Positions 10,667 through 23,427 of a DNA stretch of 64,000 nt are shown here, piece by piece. The stretch's first letter is position 1; the number at the start of each line of letters is the position of its first letter. Location: assembly GCA_023334545.1 (NCBI GenBank), contig JAADVB010000040.1, forward strand, positions 1 through 64,000. Reading direction: 5' to 3'. The DNA comes from Salisapilia sapeloensis CBS 127946. Its lineage: Eukaryota; Protista; Oomycota. A program made the translations under genes and the position numbers. The notes under the pieces are model-generated. The model was not told the DNA's origin, ran no database searches, and saw only the letters and a list, made by a program, of their open reading frames with translations.

Positions 10667-13600
10667 TTAAACTTCAAGGCGAATGTACTTTTGTCCATGC
10701 GAGGCCGTAGCTGCATGGAAAGCTTGGAAGATGATGCGTATCTCGGCCCTGTAGCGTTTTCGATTGCGTGCTCGAAACGCTCGGCGTTTATGACAATTTA
10801 TTAAGAATTGTTTCCACCCTGACCAATGGTATAGAATAAATCGTTCCTGAGCGCGCTGTTTATGTTGTTCGATTAGGCGCTGGGCTAGCCATAGGTCCGT
10901 ACTGACAAGTTCCCAGTGGTGCATACTTGCTTTGAGCAGAGATATGCTTTTGTCTTTGATAAAGCTTTCAAGTACGCTTTTATTACGCCTCTTTCGCTGG
11001 ACACGGTGATTCCATGCTACGAAGATACTACGCATGACTGTCATCTTTCTCGACAGCCAAAGAGATCGTATGCGCTTGCGTACACAGCGCAAAAACTTCC
11101 ATTCTCTGAAACATTTTTCTTGAACAGATTGGAAATACTTTTTCCGAAAGTGCTTGGCCTTACATCGCATTAATTTGCTTTGAGTGGCGTTGTCGAGTAG
11201 AAGCTTTACTGCCTGCCTCGTCTGGAATACTCGCAGCCGACAGTTTGCAATAGAAAACTTATGCTTATCACTGCGTATATACCCAACTACCTGTCGAAAT
11301 GTATTCCAGTATTTCCTTTGCATGCACTTGTTTCTATATCGCTGTGCCAAGTCTGTTCGTTCTAGACGACGTCGCTTATCATTCCTCTGATCTTTCCACC
11401 TGTGAATACAATGTAAAAGTTTCAAGTACGACAGTTGCGCTTTCGTAAAAACTTCTTTCTGGTGAACACACTTTTTCCTGTGTAAGCAGCCTTTATAGGC
11501 TACCCATACGCGTTGCACCAGCTTGGTCTTGGCAAACTCTTCTCCCTGATATTTACGTAGTCTATATCGCTTTTGACATTCCCAATGTCGTTTCCAGGCA
11601 CTTAAAATGCGCCACCCGATGTATCGACGTCGGAAATGAGTAGCAAGGAAGATGACTTCATTTGCCGCTTTGCGTTTTTCCAACCATTCCACCCATGTAC
11701 GAATGTACTGATAGAGTTGGATTCGATGAATAGCTCTTACAGCTAGTGCTAGCTGCTTGTTTAGTCGACTCTTTGCTTTGGCAATGCGTTTCCAAGCCTC
11801 AAAATGGCTCCCAACAGTCATACTTTCGTAATTACCCAAGAGCTTGCGCACATTGTACAGTATACGGATAACTCGCTTCCACAAACAGAAATATCGACGC
11901 ATAGATAGACTACAATGCATCTTATCTGCTTTTTCTTCCAATACTTCGAGTCGAATACCGTTTTGAAAAGCTAACCATGTTATCTGAAGTTGCTGCTTGC
12001 GATGATGGTGTTCTGCCAAAGCTTTAGCATACCTCTTTCGAATAGCACGACCTGAATAGTGCTTCCAAGCACGAAAGATATCTTTTGCTTGTGCGCTTTG
12101 GAATAAACACACGATGTTTCGTGTTTTGGCTCTCCATGCGTGGTAGGCAGCCCATCGACGGAAACTACATCTTGATACGGAGCGAGCATGGTGGTCAGAG
12201 GCCTTTGCCACTGCCATCTGACGGTGCAGCTTTTGCGTATGATATTGTCTTAGATTCGCAACAGCTCTCTTTGTGTGATGAGTATAAAATCGCTCATTAG
12301 CCACCAGGAGTAGTTGTTTGACGCTACTACTGGCTAAAGCATGTTTCCTCCACGTCTTAATTGCATGGACACATTTGTACAATCTAAATGACGTTCCTTT
12401 CTCATACAAAAAAAGTTTTACTTCATGCCTACGCACAACGTACATGAGAAGTGCACGCAATACACGCTTCTGAGTAAGACGATGGCTAAAGGAAATAGCA
12501 ACTTCCCACTGAAATATTAAATCCCGCCGACTTTCAACAACAAGTTTCCATTCCTCAAATACGTTGCGTTGTTTAAGATATTTCAACTTTTGTTGGGCTT
12601 GAGTCAAGTGATATTGTTTGGCATGCTGCTTCGAAATATATTTAAGCCACATCTTCCAGGTATTAACAACCAATCTCTCTTTCATTCGATGATAGACAGC
12701 ATGCTCTATATCTTGCAACTTAATACGGCGTATTGATAGCTCTGCCCATCCTTTAAAAGTAATTTCTATAAAGCGTAAGTGAATTTTGTCCTGTAGTTTT
12801 TGAATGCTTCGTTGGATGTTAGTGTATTGCAGCCAAAATCGCCAAATGCGTTTCTCCAGATGAGCTTTTATAAACGCTTCGCACATTCTTGTCTCTTGCT
12901 GTGACTGTCTTAAAGCTTCATTTCGCCAGGCACACAAATGCTTGTTTGCGTGAGCTTTCCAGAAAAAGCTAGCCGCTCTTTTGATTAATAAGATTTCCTG
13001 CTGTATATTGATTTTATAAAACTTCCAAGCCGTGAAGCAGCAACGAGTGCGTTGGATCCGATAGAAATTAGAAGCCTGATTCATGTCTTTGGCCTTTTGT
13101 TGCAAGGCTTTCCACTTTGAAATCACTCGTCTGAGCTTAAACTTTAATATAGCTAGGGTAAGCTTCTCGTGGATATCTTTTATCTTTCGACGATGATTGA
13201 CTACTATTTTCCATAGGTTAAAGACTCGCTTCACCTTGTTATTGCAAAGCCAAGTGAAGGCGACGGTCTTATGCTTTTGCATCTTATAACTTAACGATCG
13301 GTAAGATGTCCAAGCACTCCACGTCATATGCAGTAGATGGCGATGATAATGACTGTTTGCTAGTGACAGATAGGTTTCCGGAGACTTGTATATTCGCCAC
13401 GCGGACAAAGCCCACGTCAAGATGCTCTCGCGATCATTTTGGAAGATTTGTCGTAGATGGGTCTTAAGCTTGATGATACTGGCGCTGTAAGCGGACAAAG
13501 CACTGAAAGTTCTTTTCATCTGCCTACTTTGCCAATGATCGAGTGCATCCTTCATCCGTTTTTTACTCTGTTTCGATTGTTGTCGTTGAGCATCGAAGGC

Positions 13601-16600
13601 GTAGACTCCTCGATGAAGACACGAAGTCCGATGAAAGTCATCTGAACGATCATAAAAGTACCGAGATCGATACTTGAGCTTGGAAAATGCCTTCCACGAA
13701 TATATACCCTTTTGGGCATTACGATGCACGTGCAAACATCTTACTAGTCGTTGTTTCTCTTTTAGTATCCGAGTAGCTTGTACGGTTTGCTCCCACGTAA
13801 AGAAGGTTGTCCCGTATAGATAGTCAGCGTAGAAGCATTCTGCCTTGTATCGTTGTTGTTTGATATATCGTCGGCGTGTCATTTGACGATGCCAGTGAGC
13901 TACAGTTTGCTCTAATTTATATCGCAGCAAGCTATTATATGCTGCACATAGCGTCGAGTTTTGTTCTCTAATTGTCGAAGCGACTAACTGCCAGTGATGA
14001 AAGATCGTGGATTTTAATCCAACTCGATAGAAGTCGACTGCTGTCATGACTCTCATCCTTTTTTCATGTCGATGGTGCAAAAATCTGCACCACTGAGCAA
14101 AGTGACGCGTCCACGTATGTCGCTCGTACAGGCGAAGAGCTTTTCGATACATAGTCTTAATGTATCGACGATGGAGCGCAATGATATATAGCTCATGAAG
14201 GCAATAGCGAAGCACATTGTTTTCCCGATCGAGATTACGCTCAATAATATAGTCGCGCTGACGTTGCCGATGCCTGGTGATAATGTACCATTCGTGTAAT
14301 ATAGCCGTTGATAGCTTTAATGAGTAGTGAGTTTGAGCTTTTTGTTTGTCTTGCTTGTAGCTTATGGATGTGTCGACACTTGATTTCCATACTGTTACGG
14401 CAATTGCAAAACCTGTCAGACGATAGAACTGATTGGACTGTATCATATGCATTTGCTTTGTCTTTTGCTTTAGTCGGTAAGTATTCCAGATTGAAAAGAT
14501 GCGTCTTTGAACGCGCAGACGACGTTTTACTTCGATACGACTTTGACTAGTGTGTGCCTTTAGACACCACCAAACATATCGTAGCTGAGTGCGCTTCCAC
14601 TTCTTTCGAAAGAGACGTACCATTCTTTTTCGGCATCTTTTAAAAGAAGTGTGCTGTTTCCATGACAGAAAGCATTTCTGTCGCAATCTTTCATTCTTTC
14701 GGCACAAGTGGGAGGACAAGAGGTATTTATGCAATTTTTGAGACCTAAAAAAATTATACCAAGCGCTGATGCATTCTCTAGTGCATCGATAATGTCTTTG
14801 GTGCTCCAATGCCTGAATCCGAGCTTTCTGTTTACGCACACATGTCCATGCTTGAAAATATCTAGCTCGAAGTTTTTTTTGGAACTTGAGTAGCAGGTAT
14901 TGACAGATTGACCTTGTCTCCCGGTGCTTAGCTGCCTTCCCATTCCACTTTAGTAGTGCTTTGCGCAGTTTTGCTCGATGAAAAGAGCGTATTTGTCGAC
15001 TTTCATGGTTTTTTATCGTAGTCGTCATGCACCATGTAAATAAGCTCTTCTTTCCCAGTTGCGCACAGCGATACTTTGTAGCTCTGATTGTCAGCACTTG
15101 TCGGTACTTTCTATAAGAGTAATACGATAGCAATGCAGCCATCACTTTACGATTAAGCATCTTGATCCGATGGAAGTGGGCGATGTTTGCCTTTAAGTAA
15201 TACACCCTTGCCTCCATTTGGAAAGTTTTCATCATTGAAAATGTCTTGCCTAGGTTGTGAACTTCATAAAAGGTTGATGCTAGGACATTCTTGTCCATTT
15301 TTATTTTCTTTTGTGCTTGAAACAATTTCCATTTGCGAATAGCTTTGTTCGCACCGAGTTGAAAGGTATTCTGGTCGAGCATTGTCAACCATGTCGATGT
15401 TTCTAGCATTGTCTTCCATGCTTGGAAACTTGCCGATAGAAGCCTTTTGAATTGATTTTTCTGTGCTTTAATCTTCAAGTGCTTATACTTTTGCTGTTGT
15501 CGGATATGCTGGCTCCATACCATGAAACATCGTCTGCAATGTTTTTTCTGAAAATGAGTGGAAATCTGGTCTATCTTCTTTCTTTTTTGCAAAGCTGATG
15601 TCCACTGTCGAAAGCTGGCTTGAAGAGCAAATAGCTGATGTACCCGCTGTCTACGACGAACCTCTTTTTTCATTTTAAAGCTTCGAATCCAATGACTGTA
15701 AGTCGATCGTAAAAGAATGTACCTATAGCCTTCGATTGCCATTTGGTCTCTACGTCTAAGGTACCTTTTGAACGTGCAATCGTACCTCCACTTCTGCACA
15801 GTGTTTCTTACTTTTTGGCTTTCAAGAACTCGACTAGCCTTAAGTACTCGCATCTCTCTAGTCTTCTGAGATGTACGGAACTCTTTGAGCCATACAGAGA
15901 AGCAGCGAAAGACTAGGTACAAATGTTCACGGAACTGTCGACGCTTACTAAGTTCTTGACGATTTTCCTTTTCTCTAGCTTTTGTACTTGCTTCGTTTTC
16001 GACTAGATTCGTAAAAGATATTGGCCCAGTATGCTCCGTATCTAAAAAGATTTGTTTCCAATTGGCCATGGCCTTTGCTAAACGCTTCTTTCTCCAATGC
16101 AACAGTGCTTTTTGGGACAAAAGCTCTTGAGGTATATACCTTGCACGATCGTTAACACGTCCTGAACTTGTACCATAGCTGGCAAGCTTCGATATTTTTT
16201 TGCGTCCTGGTTGTGTACTTCTCCGAGCTCGTTCAGCTACGACCAGCAAAATGATTACCACGATGACCAACTTCATGCATCGTGCACTACTTACCATGTC
16301 GTATACCAAGGTGAACCTGAAAGCAAGTCAATTCAATGGTTCTATTAGTATTATGAACTTTAATTAACAATATGAAATTCGGTACCTCATTGACTTTAGA
16401 CTTCCAATCATGATCGCTACTGGTCTCGTAGAAATCATCATCTCGTTCGTCCTACGGAGAATGTCAGCTAGTATCAATCCATGACCGTACAATTTATAAC
16501 TGGAATGGAGATTACTCGATGCCGATCTAGACTTGATTCGACCGAGCAATGGTGTTGGTGTCGAAGTAGAGTGATTCCATCGTACTTCTCGAGACAGCTC

Positions 16601-16638
16601 GCACAGTCACAATGCCGAATTCGATCAACACATTGCAT
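10667..16638 (-). CDS. Sfi1-like centrin-binding repeat protein (centriole/basal body), ~1930 aa; 5' exons modelled
   Basis: A 5.6-kb basic ORF with dozens of Sfi1-type helical repeats ending in F/L-x-x-W-K/R (LLSASFQAWK, LRARYFQAWT, LRRVISKWK). Proposed 5' exons 16638-16516, 16451-16386 and 16316-16295, plus main exon 16236-10667, join in frame across 64, 69 and 58 nt GT-AG introns. The first exon is the least certain. Confidence 0.78.
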
Positions 16639-17833
16639 CCTAGTCGGACTAGCCGTTGGGTACTGATTCTAGCGACAAGGCGACTGGTTAGACCAAAATC
16701 CGTTTCAACGTCCATGCACTTCACAGCGTTGCCACGGATTGTATCTATTGAATTTATCGATGGCTAAATAAATCAAGTCCCATCGTTAAGTTGGCCCCGT
16801 AGCCATGAAAAGATATGTTTTGTGGCTGGAGATATAATCTAGTTCCTGACTGCTGGCTAGTGTAGGCCTCTAATTTGACATTTTTCTGTCACGAGCTACG
16901 TCTCTTGCAGATTTGAAGCATGATTGACAACAGCTTCAAAGCATATAACCTATACAATAAAATAAAATCCACAAAGATACACAGTGTATTATATATAAAA
17001 GGAAATCCAATGCCAGCAGCGTTACCATGCGTGCAGGATGCAATCTATCCATAAATCCACTCCGACAAGTAGGCTTGTAGAATAGTAAAAACTGGATGCG
17101 AATGAGCCTACTCATGTTTTAAGACGCACTATCCATTTATGACATTGAAGCGCATGCGCTAACATGCTAGGCTTGCCTTCGGGCACTAAACTTAATCAAA
17201 TGACTCTTTTGGGTGCCTCAATAAAGCAGTTATTTATGCTCATTTGCTTTTATTTGTGGCATGTACGAACTCGCATAGATCAATTACTGCCCCCGATTGG
17301 CCATTCGGATCAAGTCGATATCAGTATCTATGGGTACAAACATCGATGCGACACTATGGGTACACGTCGGATGATTTTGTTGGGCCACAAACTACATTGA
17401 ATATTCTGAAATATGTGTACCTGGATTCTTCGAATGCCTCGATGTCTATTTGAGCAGTCCTTAATCAGGAAGGCGAATATGACGCTATTAGAGCTAACAT
17501 GTATGAAAAAGTTGACTTAAAATTTGTATAAAATCCATTGGTGCGTAGTTATAGGTACTTCCGCCGTCGATCACTTCTTATGAGTACAAAGTCCCATCAA
17601 AGAGATTCAAAGCCTATTTGGTCATCAACTAAGAGGATGTGTGGCAGTATTCAGAGCGCTTTGGCTCGATTAAACACGGGACTTGATTCATGATGAAGTG
17701 AGTCGTAATCGACAAGCATAGCTCACTCTCGAATTTGCTTTAGTCCGATTACCACCTAGAGATCAACCGAACGGATCCCAAGAGCGTGATAGCGAATACC
17801 TGTACTCAAGCACCAACCACATCTATACCAACA

Positions 17834-18300
17834 ATGACAAACTGCGGGAACACGGGGCGTTGGAGTGTGGCAGAGCATGAAGCTTACATTAGGGCTTTAA
17901 AGAAAAATCCACTGGCAGGATGGCAGGTCGGTGATCTAGTTTCATTCGTCAGTTGCAGCGCCTGCTGTATTTCTATCTACCAAATGCACAATTCTCACCT
18001 TGCGCTATGATCATTAGGAAATTGCTTCAGAGGTGAAGACAAGAACCGCAAAGCAGGTCACCAGCCACCACCAAAAGGTAATCCGCTTGCTGTATACGAC
18101 ACCAATTCTACACCAATCTCACACAAAAAAAAACCTAACTCAAGTTTATTTATCCATAGTTTAAGGACAAGTTAGCGGAGATGAAAGCAGCGAGAAATAG
18201 TTCAGGTAACAACAAAAGTGGATCGGACGACGATTCACTTCTATTAAGCCCGGAGAGCCTGGAAAAGTTCTTGAACGAGATGGACACTTCGGACTTGTAA
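17834..18300 (+). CDS. Small single-repeat Myb (SHAQKYF-class) transcription factor, 3 exons, 97 aa
   Basis: Exons 17834-17926, 18018-18077 and 18160-18300 (phase-0 introns of 91 and 82 nt; the second has a CTAAC branch site) give GRWSVAEHEAYIRALKKNPLAGWQEIASEVKTRTAKQVTSHHQKF, then an acidic tail. Confidence 0.85.
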
Positions 18301-18457
18301 GCGAAGCCAAGTAATGGACTATCAGGATATTTGGAGATGGGGACTATGGATCGGAATTAGATAGAACCAAATATACATGTGCGTATGAACTACACATCGT
18401 CGTGCTTTCGTTGCTTCTAATTATAGTTCAAAGATACATCACCTATTTGCACTACTT

Positions 18458-21400
18458 ATGGAAGCACTTTTGCGTTATGAGAAGAAGAAAGCTGCCGAAC
18501 TACGACGGCGCCAGAGAAAATGGAGCCAAGTACATCAGAACGAGCGCATGGCTCGTGAAAAAGAAAGGAATCTTATCAGTACTAGGTGCAAAGAGATGGC
18601 AACGGAAGATTTTTTGTCTCGAAGGTATGAAGACTTTGAGAAGGAGCGTATCAATCGAGAGGAGCTCGAGAAGAAACGCGAAGAAGAGCTTTGCTTCTTT
18701 CGAAAAGTGGCACGTAAACGAGATGAAGCAAAGTGTAGAGGGCTGCCATTGTCAACTGGTCTAGTTGCTGGAGAGGATCGCATGCAAATTCTTCAAAATC
18801 GAATTGATGCAGCAAGCACCCAAGCTTTAGTCGCTCAAAAAGCGCGATTGAACCAGGAAGAGCGACAGAGTAAAGCGCCTAAAGACAAAAAGTTTATTTA
18901 TGAAACAGTGGAAACATTGACACTGACGAAGTTCAAACAGGCAGTATGCTCCCTCGACTGTGATGCCATAATGGGATTGCTTCAGAACATAGTAGACTGG
19001 CCTACTCCAGAACGAAAATACTTTTTGAACTATGAAAGTCGGAACAATTTTACACCACTCCTGGTGTCGATCATCAGAGGACGGCTGAAAGTAACTCGAC
19101 GATTGCTTGAAATGGGAGCGTCAACCGACATGGAAACCCAGACAGGTTTTACACCTCTAGCAACTGCCATAGTGATCGACGATCTTGTAGCGGTGGAGCT
19201 TCTATGCGAGTTTAGCGCCAGTATCGGATATGAAACTAAAGGTGGTGTGACGAGCTTACATATTGCTGCTGAAATGGGGAGAGATCGGATTTTAACTTGT
19301 TTACTTCAGAAGGGTGCGGATGTCAATGCAGTAAACTCTAACGGAAGGACTGCATTGATACAAGCAGTAATCTCTCATCAACATGCAGCAGCTAATGTTT
19401 TATTAGCGTACGACGCAATGAAAGAAGTTAAAGATGAGATGGATAGAACAGCCTCGGATTGGGCTCAAATCCTAAAGTTCCATTCGCTTGGGTTTTTACT
19501 GAATGATACGAAATTTGGAGCAGTTCGCCGAATGGAAATCAAGATGGAAGAAGATGAGTTGGAAGACTGTCAGGATTATTTTAAAGCTACTAATCGTTCA
19601 AAGTATATTCAACGTAACGAAGAATCAGCGTTGTTGGAAGGAGCAATTGCTACGAAAGATGTGCTGAAGCTAAAGCAACTATTGACATCTTCTTGTACTA
19701 TATGTAGCATCAATCATGAAAGCCGCGAGGGATACACTCCTTTAATGGTCTGCTCCCGCTACGGTTCATTACTAGATGTTCAATACTGCCTTGACATTGG
19801 CTGCATTCCAACGCATCATAATCGTAAAGGAGTTACTGCTTTAATGGAGGCTTGCTACAACGCGAATCTCAACGTAATGGAGCTACTTATACAGGCAGGA
19901 TGTGATTTACGAACGCGAGATTTTAATGGCGAAACTGGTTACCAATATCTTTATCGTTACGGTCACAAAGAGCTTGTTTACCGACTGAAAATACGATTTG
20001 AGTCAGTAAGACTAGGCTCTGCATCGATCCTACAGCAAGGTACTCCGTATATCGTGCAGCATAAAGAGACCCGACTTCCTCGATTGCCGTCTACCTCAAA
20101 AGAAGTAAACGAAGATGAGAGCGAAACTTGTGAACAGCAAGTCTTCACGGAGCGCATGTTCCCTGATGACAGTGACCCTACTCTCGACCCAGTCATTCGG
20201 TCATGGACACTCAAACAGAAAGCACTAAAGGCAGATCGAAATAAAAGAGAGACACTTGAAAGTGAACGATCAAAAATTTTAACTGCTCACCTGCGAGGAC
20301 GACGAAATGGACTTGCTGCTCACCTACCATTTGACCCAGCCGGACGCCAGAAAGTAGCACTATGCCAACAATGTAAAGCAAAGCGATCAAAAAGAAAATG
20401 TATAAACTGTGATCGGCTACTCTGCCTTGTGTGCTACACGGAGCTACACATGACCGGCCAACGGCGTCGACACATGTATGAATCCGTAGCGTCGGACAGA
20501 TATGTCGGATGGAAATTTCATTCAGAGTTGACGTTAATGAAAGCTACATCATTACCAGAACTGGCCAAGCAAGGCCGCACTTGTGTACACGAAATAAGTG
20601 CACTGTACATGCAAGAAATTCGACAAGCAGAACAGCCGAAAGCTGATCGCATCTACACAGTTGATGATGAAGTTCACGCTTATGTCTGTCGAAAACAAAA
20701 AGACCGGGAGAAACTTATCCTTGATGTGCAGCAAAATAAATGCGCGGACGCTTATCGAGCTGCTGAAACATCAGGAGATGAAAATATTTATGCACGTCCG
20801 ACTGAATTGACACTGGCAACCTTGTATATATCCCAGAAACAGTTTGATAAAGCAAGAGCAGTGTTACGTTCAGCTCAAAAGATTATACGGCAAGCCTGTG
20901 GACTGAGACATCCAACGCTAATGGAAATAGCAGTCTTGAAAGGCAAAATGGAGCTGGTATGATTTGAATGTACGCATTTTGAAGCGAAACTAACATGGTC
21001 ATGAAAAGGAAATAGGCGATTATCGAGCATCCACTCACAAACTTAGAAATGCTTTGTCATGGTTCGAAGCGCATCTACCTGTTGACAACAAACATGTTCA
21101 TGCTGGGATGAAGCTCCTGGTTGATGCTCTGGTACATTTACAACTTTTGTCCTTGCTAAATCTTTAGTGATTTTTATTCTTAACGTTTTTATTCTTTAGG
21201 AGAAACAAGGTGAACGGAGCAATGCAATACAAGTGTGTCGTCAAACTATAGTGAAGCAACGACAAAGTCTTCCTGAGACTCATCCACTTCTCGAAGAGAC
21301 CACAACTACACTCAATCAATTGTTGCAGCGGCGCGAGTGTTATGATATGAGCTGTGAAGACATATTTATGATCGAGAAGCATATGATGGAAATGCAACAA

Positions 21401-21903
21401 CGTGATGAGGAACGGAACGCAAATAAGAGGTACGGAGTGATAGTTGCTAAATCAATACAGCTTCTGAGAAAACATGTAGAAAGAGAGAACAACTACGCAA
21501 CCTCTTGCTACACGACAAGAGCGATTTGGCAAAGTTTTTGGAGTTTACAAAACTCCATTTCGCAGACGATTTACTGAGCTTTTGGATTGGCGTCGAGGAA
21601 TACCGCAATGTGCGCTTTGTTTGTATAAAGTAGAATTTACAAGGCAGATCTAATTGGTATTGCACGTAGACCGATACAACTAGCGATGGATCTCGAGTGT
21701 TGGCAGTTTATATTTACTGCACATATATCAAGTCTCGGAAGCTCAAGATGCTGACTACCGTCCAGCGTAAAAGCATTCGACGACTCATTACGACTCCTGG
21801 GAAGAAATTACCAAGCACCTTGTTTGATGAAGCGCAGACGATTGTCTTTGACGTGATTCTAAATGGAGTATACAAAAAGTATGCAGAGAGTAAATACGAA
21901 TGA
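18458..21903 (+). CDS. Ankyrin repeat + B-box zinc finger + TPR + RGS domain protein, 5 exons, ~1071 aa
   Basis: Exons 18458-20956, 21009-21131, 21200-21429, 21480-21609 and 21670-21903 (introns 52, 68, 50, 60 nt) join in frame. About 7 ankyrin repeats; a B-box (CQQC...CINC...CLVC...H...H); kinesin-light-chain-like TPRs (LRHPTL, ETHPLL); and an RGS domain (LAKFLEFTKLHFADDLLSFWIGVEEYR...IYCTYIK...LFDEAQTIVF). Confidence 0.85.
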
Positions 21904-22469
21904 GAATTTCATTACATATAATAATAGACTGCCATCTCATAAGAATATTGCCGTGTTGCTTATAGATGGAAATTGAACTGCTTTGAAAGTATCAAGTGCC
22001 ATGCATCGGATCGAGAGCCAGTACAATACTTCATGTTTTGGTTCTATTTACGTTGGGTAGAAGATCGACTAATAAAGCCAAAGGCACGCGCCTTTATTTG
22101 GTTTGTTGGTATTCTAACCTTGCGTACTTGCTTTCTCTTGCAAAGCTGAATTCGATCTTGAAATTTACACATTGTACTTTGATGCGATTTACGGTGCCGG
22201 TATACATTTTGAGTCTTTAGAACATATCTAAGCAGCTATTATACCTTTCTTTCTACTAGTTTTGCACGAGCAAAGGCCATGTCCAGTTCTTTCAATCGCA
22301 ATTGTCACTGGAAATCAACGAAGCTGCGTGACCTTTGCACGGATAGTTCTCTTGAAATTATGCCCAATCAAAATACTCAGTGATCTTAATAGCCAATGAA
22401 TGAGACGTCACGACCAGGTCACGACATGTCCAAGAGCTCCGAGCTATCTCTTGGTCCCAGTTCTAAAAA

Positions 22470-23309
22470 ATGACCTTCCCCAACCTATTCGGCCATTTTT
22501 CTTCACAATCTTCTTCCTCGAGCACTATGCATACGTCTGAGAAAACCGGAACGCCTCATAATCAAGCCTACGTTGACTTCCTAATGGAAGAAGAAGACCC
22601 ACCGGAAATGTCATGGACACCCACGGCAGATTCTCGTCACTTGGGACTTCCGATGAAAGAGCTCATGGAAACGCACGCTCTGCGTCCTCTTGTGGATGGA
22701 TTGAAAGAAATGATTGCATCACCAGGTCTTCTATTAAGCGCTCTCACGAACGAGTGCACTCGTGGTAACTCGTCTACATCGACACCAGAAGGCAAGTTAC
22801 AAGTGTACCAGAGCTCTCATCTGCTGGAGATTTGGAGATCAGCGAAGTCTGAAATGTCGATGGCATCCGCTAGAAGCACGGCTGAGCTGGAGCTCGAGGT
22901 ATTGGCGCACAAAGTAGCTTTATACTACCTTCGTTTGTGGCAGCACATTGCGGGCGAGTGTGTCAAGTTCCTGCACAAGATCGAGACTAGAAGCAACGGG
23001 AAGGCACCACTCTTCCAAAGATGTTTGTCACCTGTGTCAGAGTCGGCTCAATTATCCAGCGGCATGACTAAAAGGTCGAAGCTTACACGCAAATCGAATG
23101 AATTCCTCGTCGGATGGTTCTTGGCACACAAGTCAAAGCCATATCCAACACATACGGAGCGAGTGGACATCGCCAAGATCACGGGTTTAACGGAGCAGCA
23201 AGTACGCAATTGGTTTGCAAACATGCGCAAGCGTCACTGGAAGCCAAGTAATGGAAAGAAGAAGCCTCGATGTCTACTGGATGTCGTGCTGCGTCAGTCG
23301 TATGAGTAG
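22470..23309 (+). CDS. TALE-class homeodomain transcription factor, 279 aa
   Basis: C-terminal homeodomain with the TALE PYP insertion and recognition helix: FLVGWFLAHKSKPYPTHTERVDIAKITGLTEQQVRNWFANMRKRHWK. Confidence 0.9.
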   Translation: MTFPNLFGHFSSQSSSSSTMHTSEKTGTPHNQAYVDFLMEEEDPPEMSWTPTADSRHLGLPMKELMETHALRPLVDGLKEMIASPGLLLSALTNECTRGNSSTSTPEGKLQVYQSSHLLEIWRSAKSEMSMASARSTAELELEVLAHKVALYYLRLWQHIAGECVKFLHKIETRSNGKAPLFQRCLSPVSESAQLSSGMTKRSKLTRKSNEFLVGWFLAHKSKPYPTHTERVDIAKITGLTEQQVRNWFANMRKRHWKPSNGKKKPRCLLDVVLRQSYE

Positions 23310-23427
23310 ATGATAGCATATAAGTGATGTGTATGGAGGGTAGCAATGGTGGATAAATGAAACAAAGAAAGTATGTTCGATTCGCGTGTTTTAGTAGTTG
23401 CGTCTACGAATTGGGGGTATGATGCGT

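Noticed and set aside
16900-17780. Possible small spliced gene on the minus strand (repeated ...cccatag acceptor-like sites; ORFs 17164-17453)
   Set aside because: I could not build an ATG-to-stop exon chain with introns of typical size or any recognisable product.
18314-18426. Upstream ATG 18314 in frame with the ankyrin gene via a 48-nt intron
   Set aside because: An in-frame TAG at 18362-18364 blocks it. Readthrough or a sequencing error cannot be supported.
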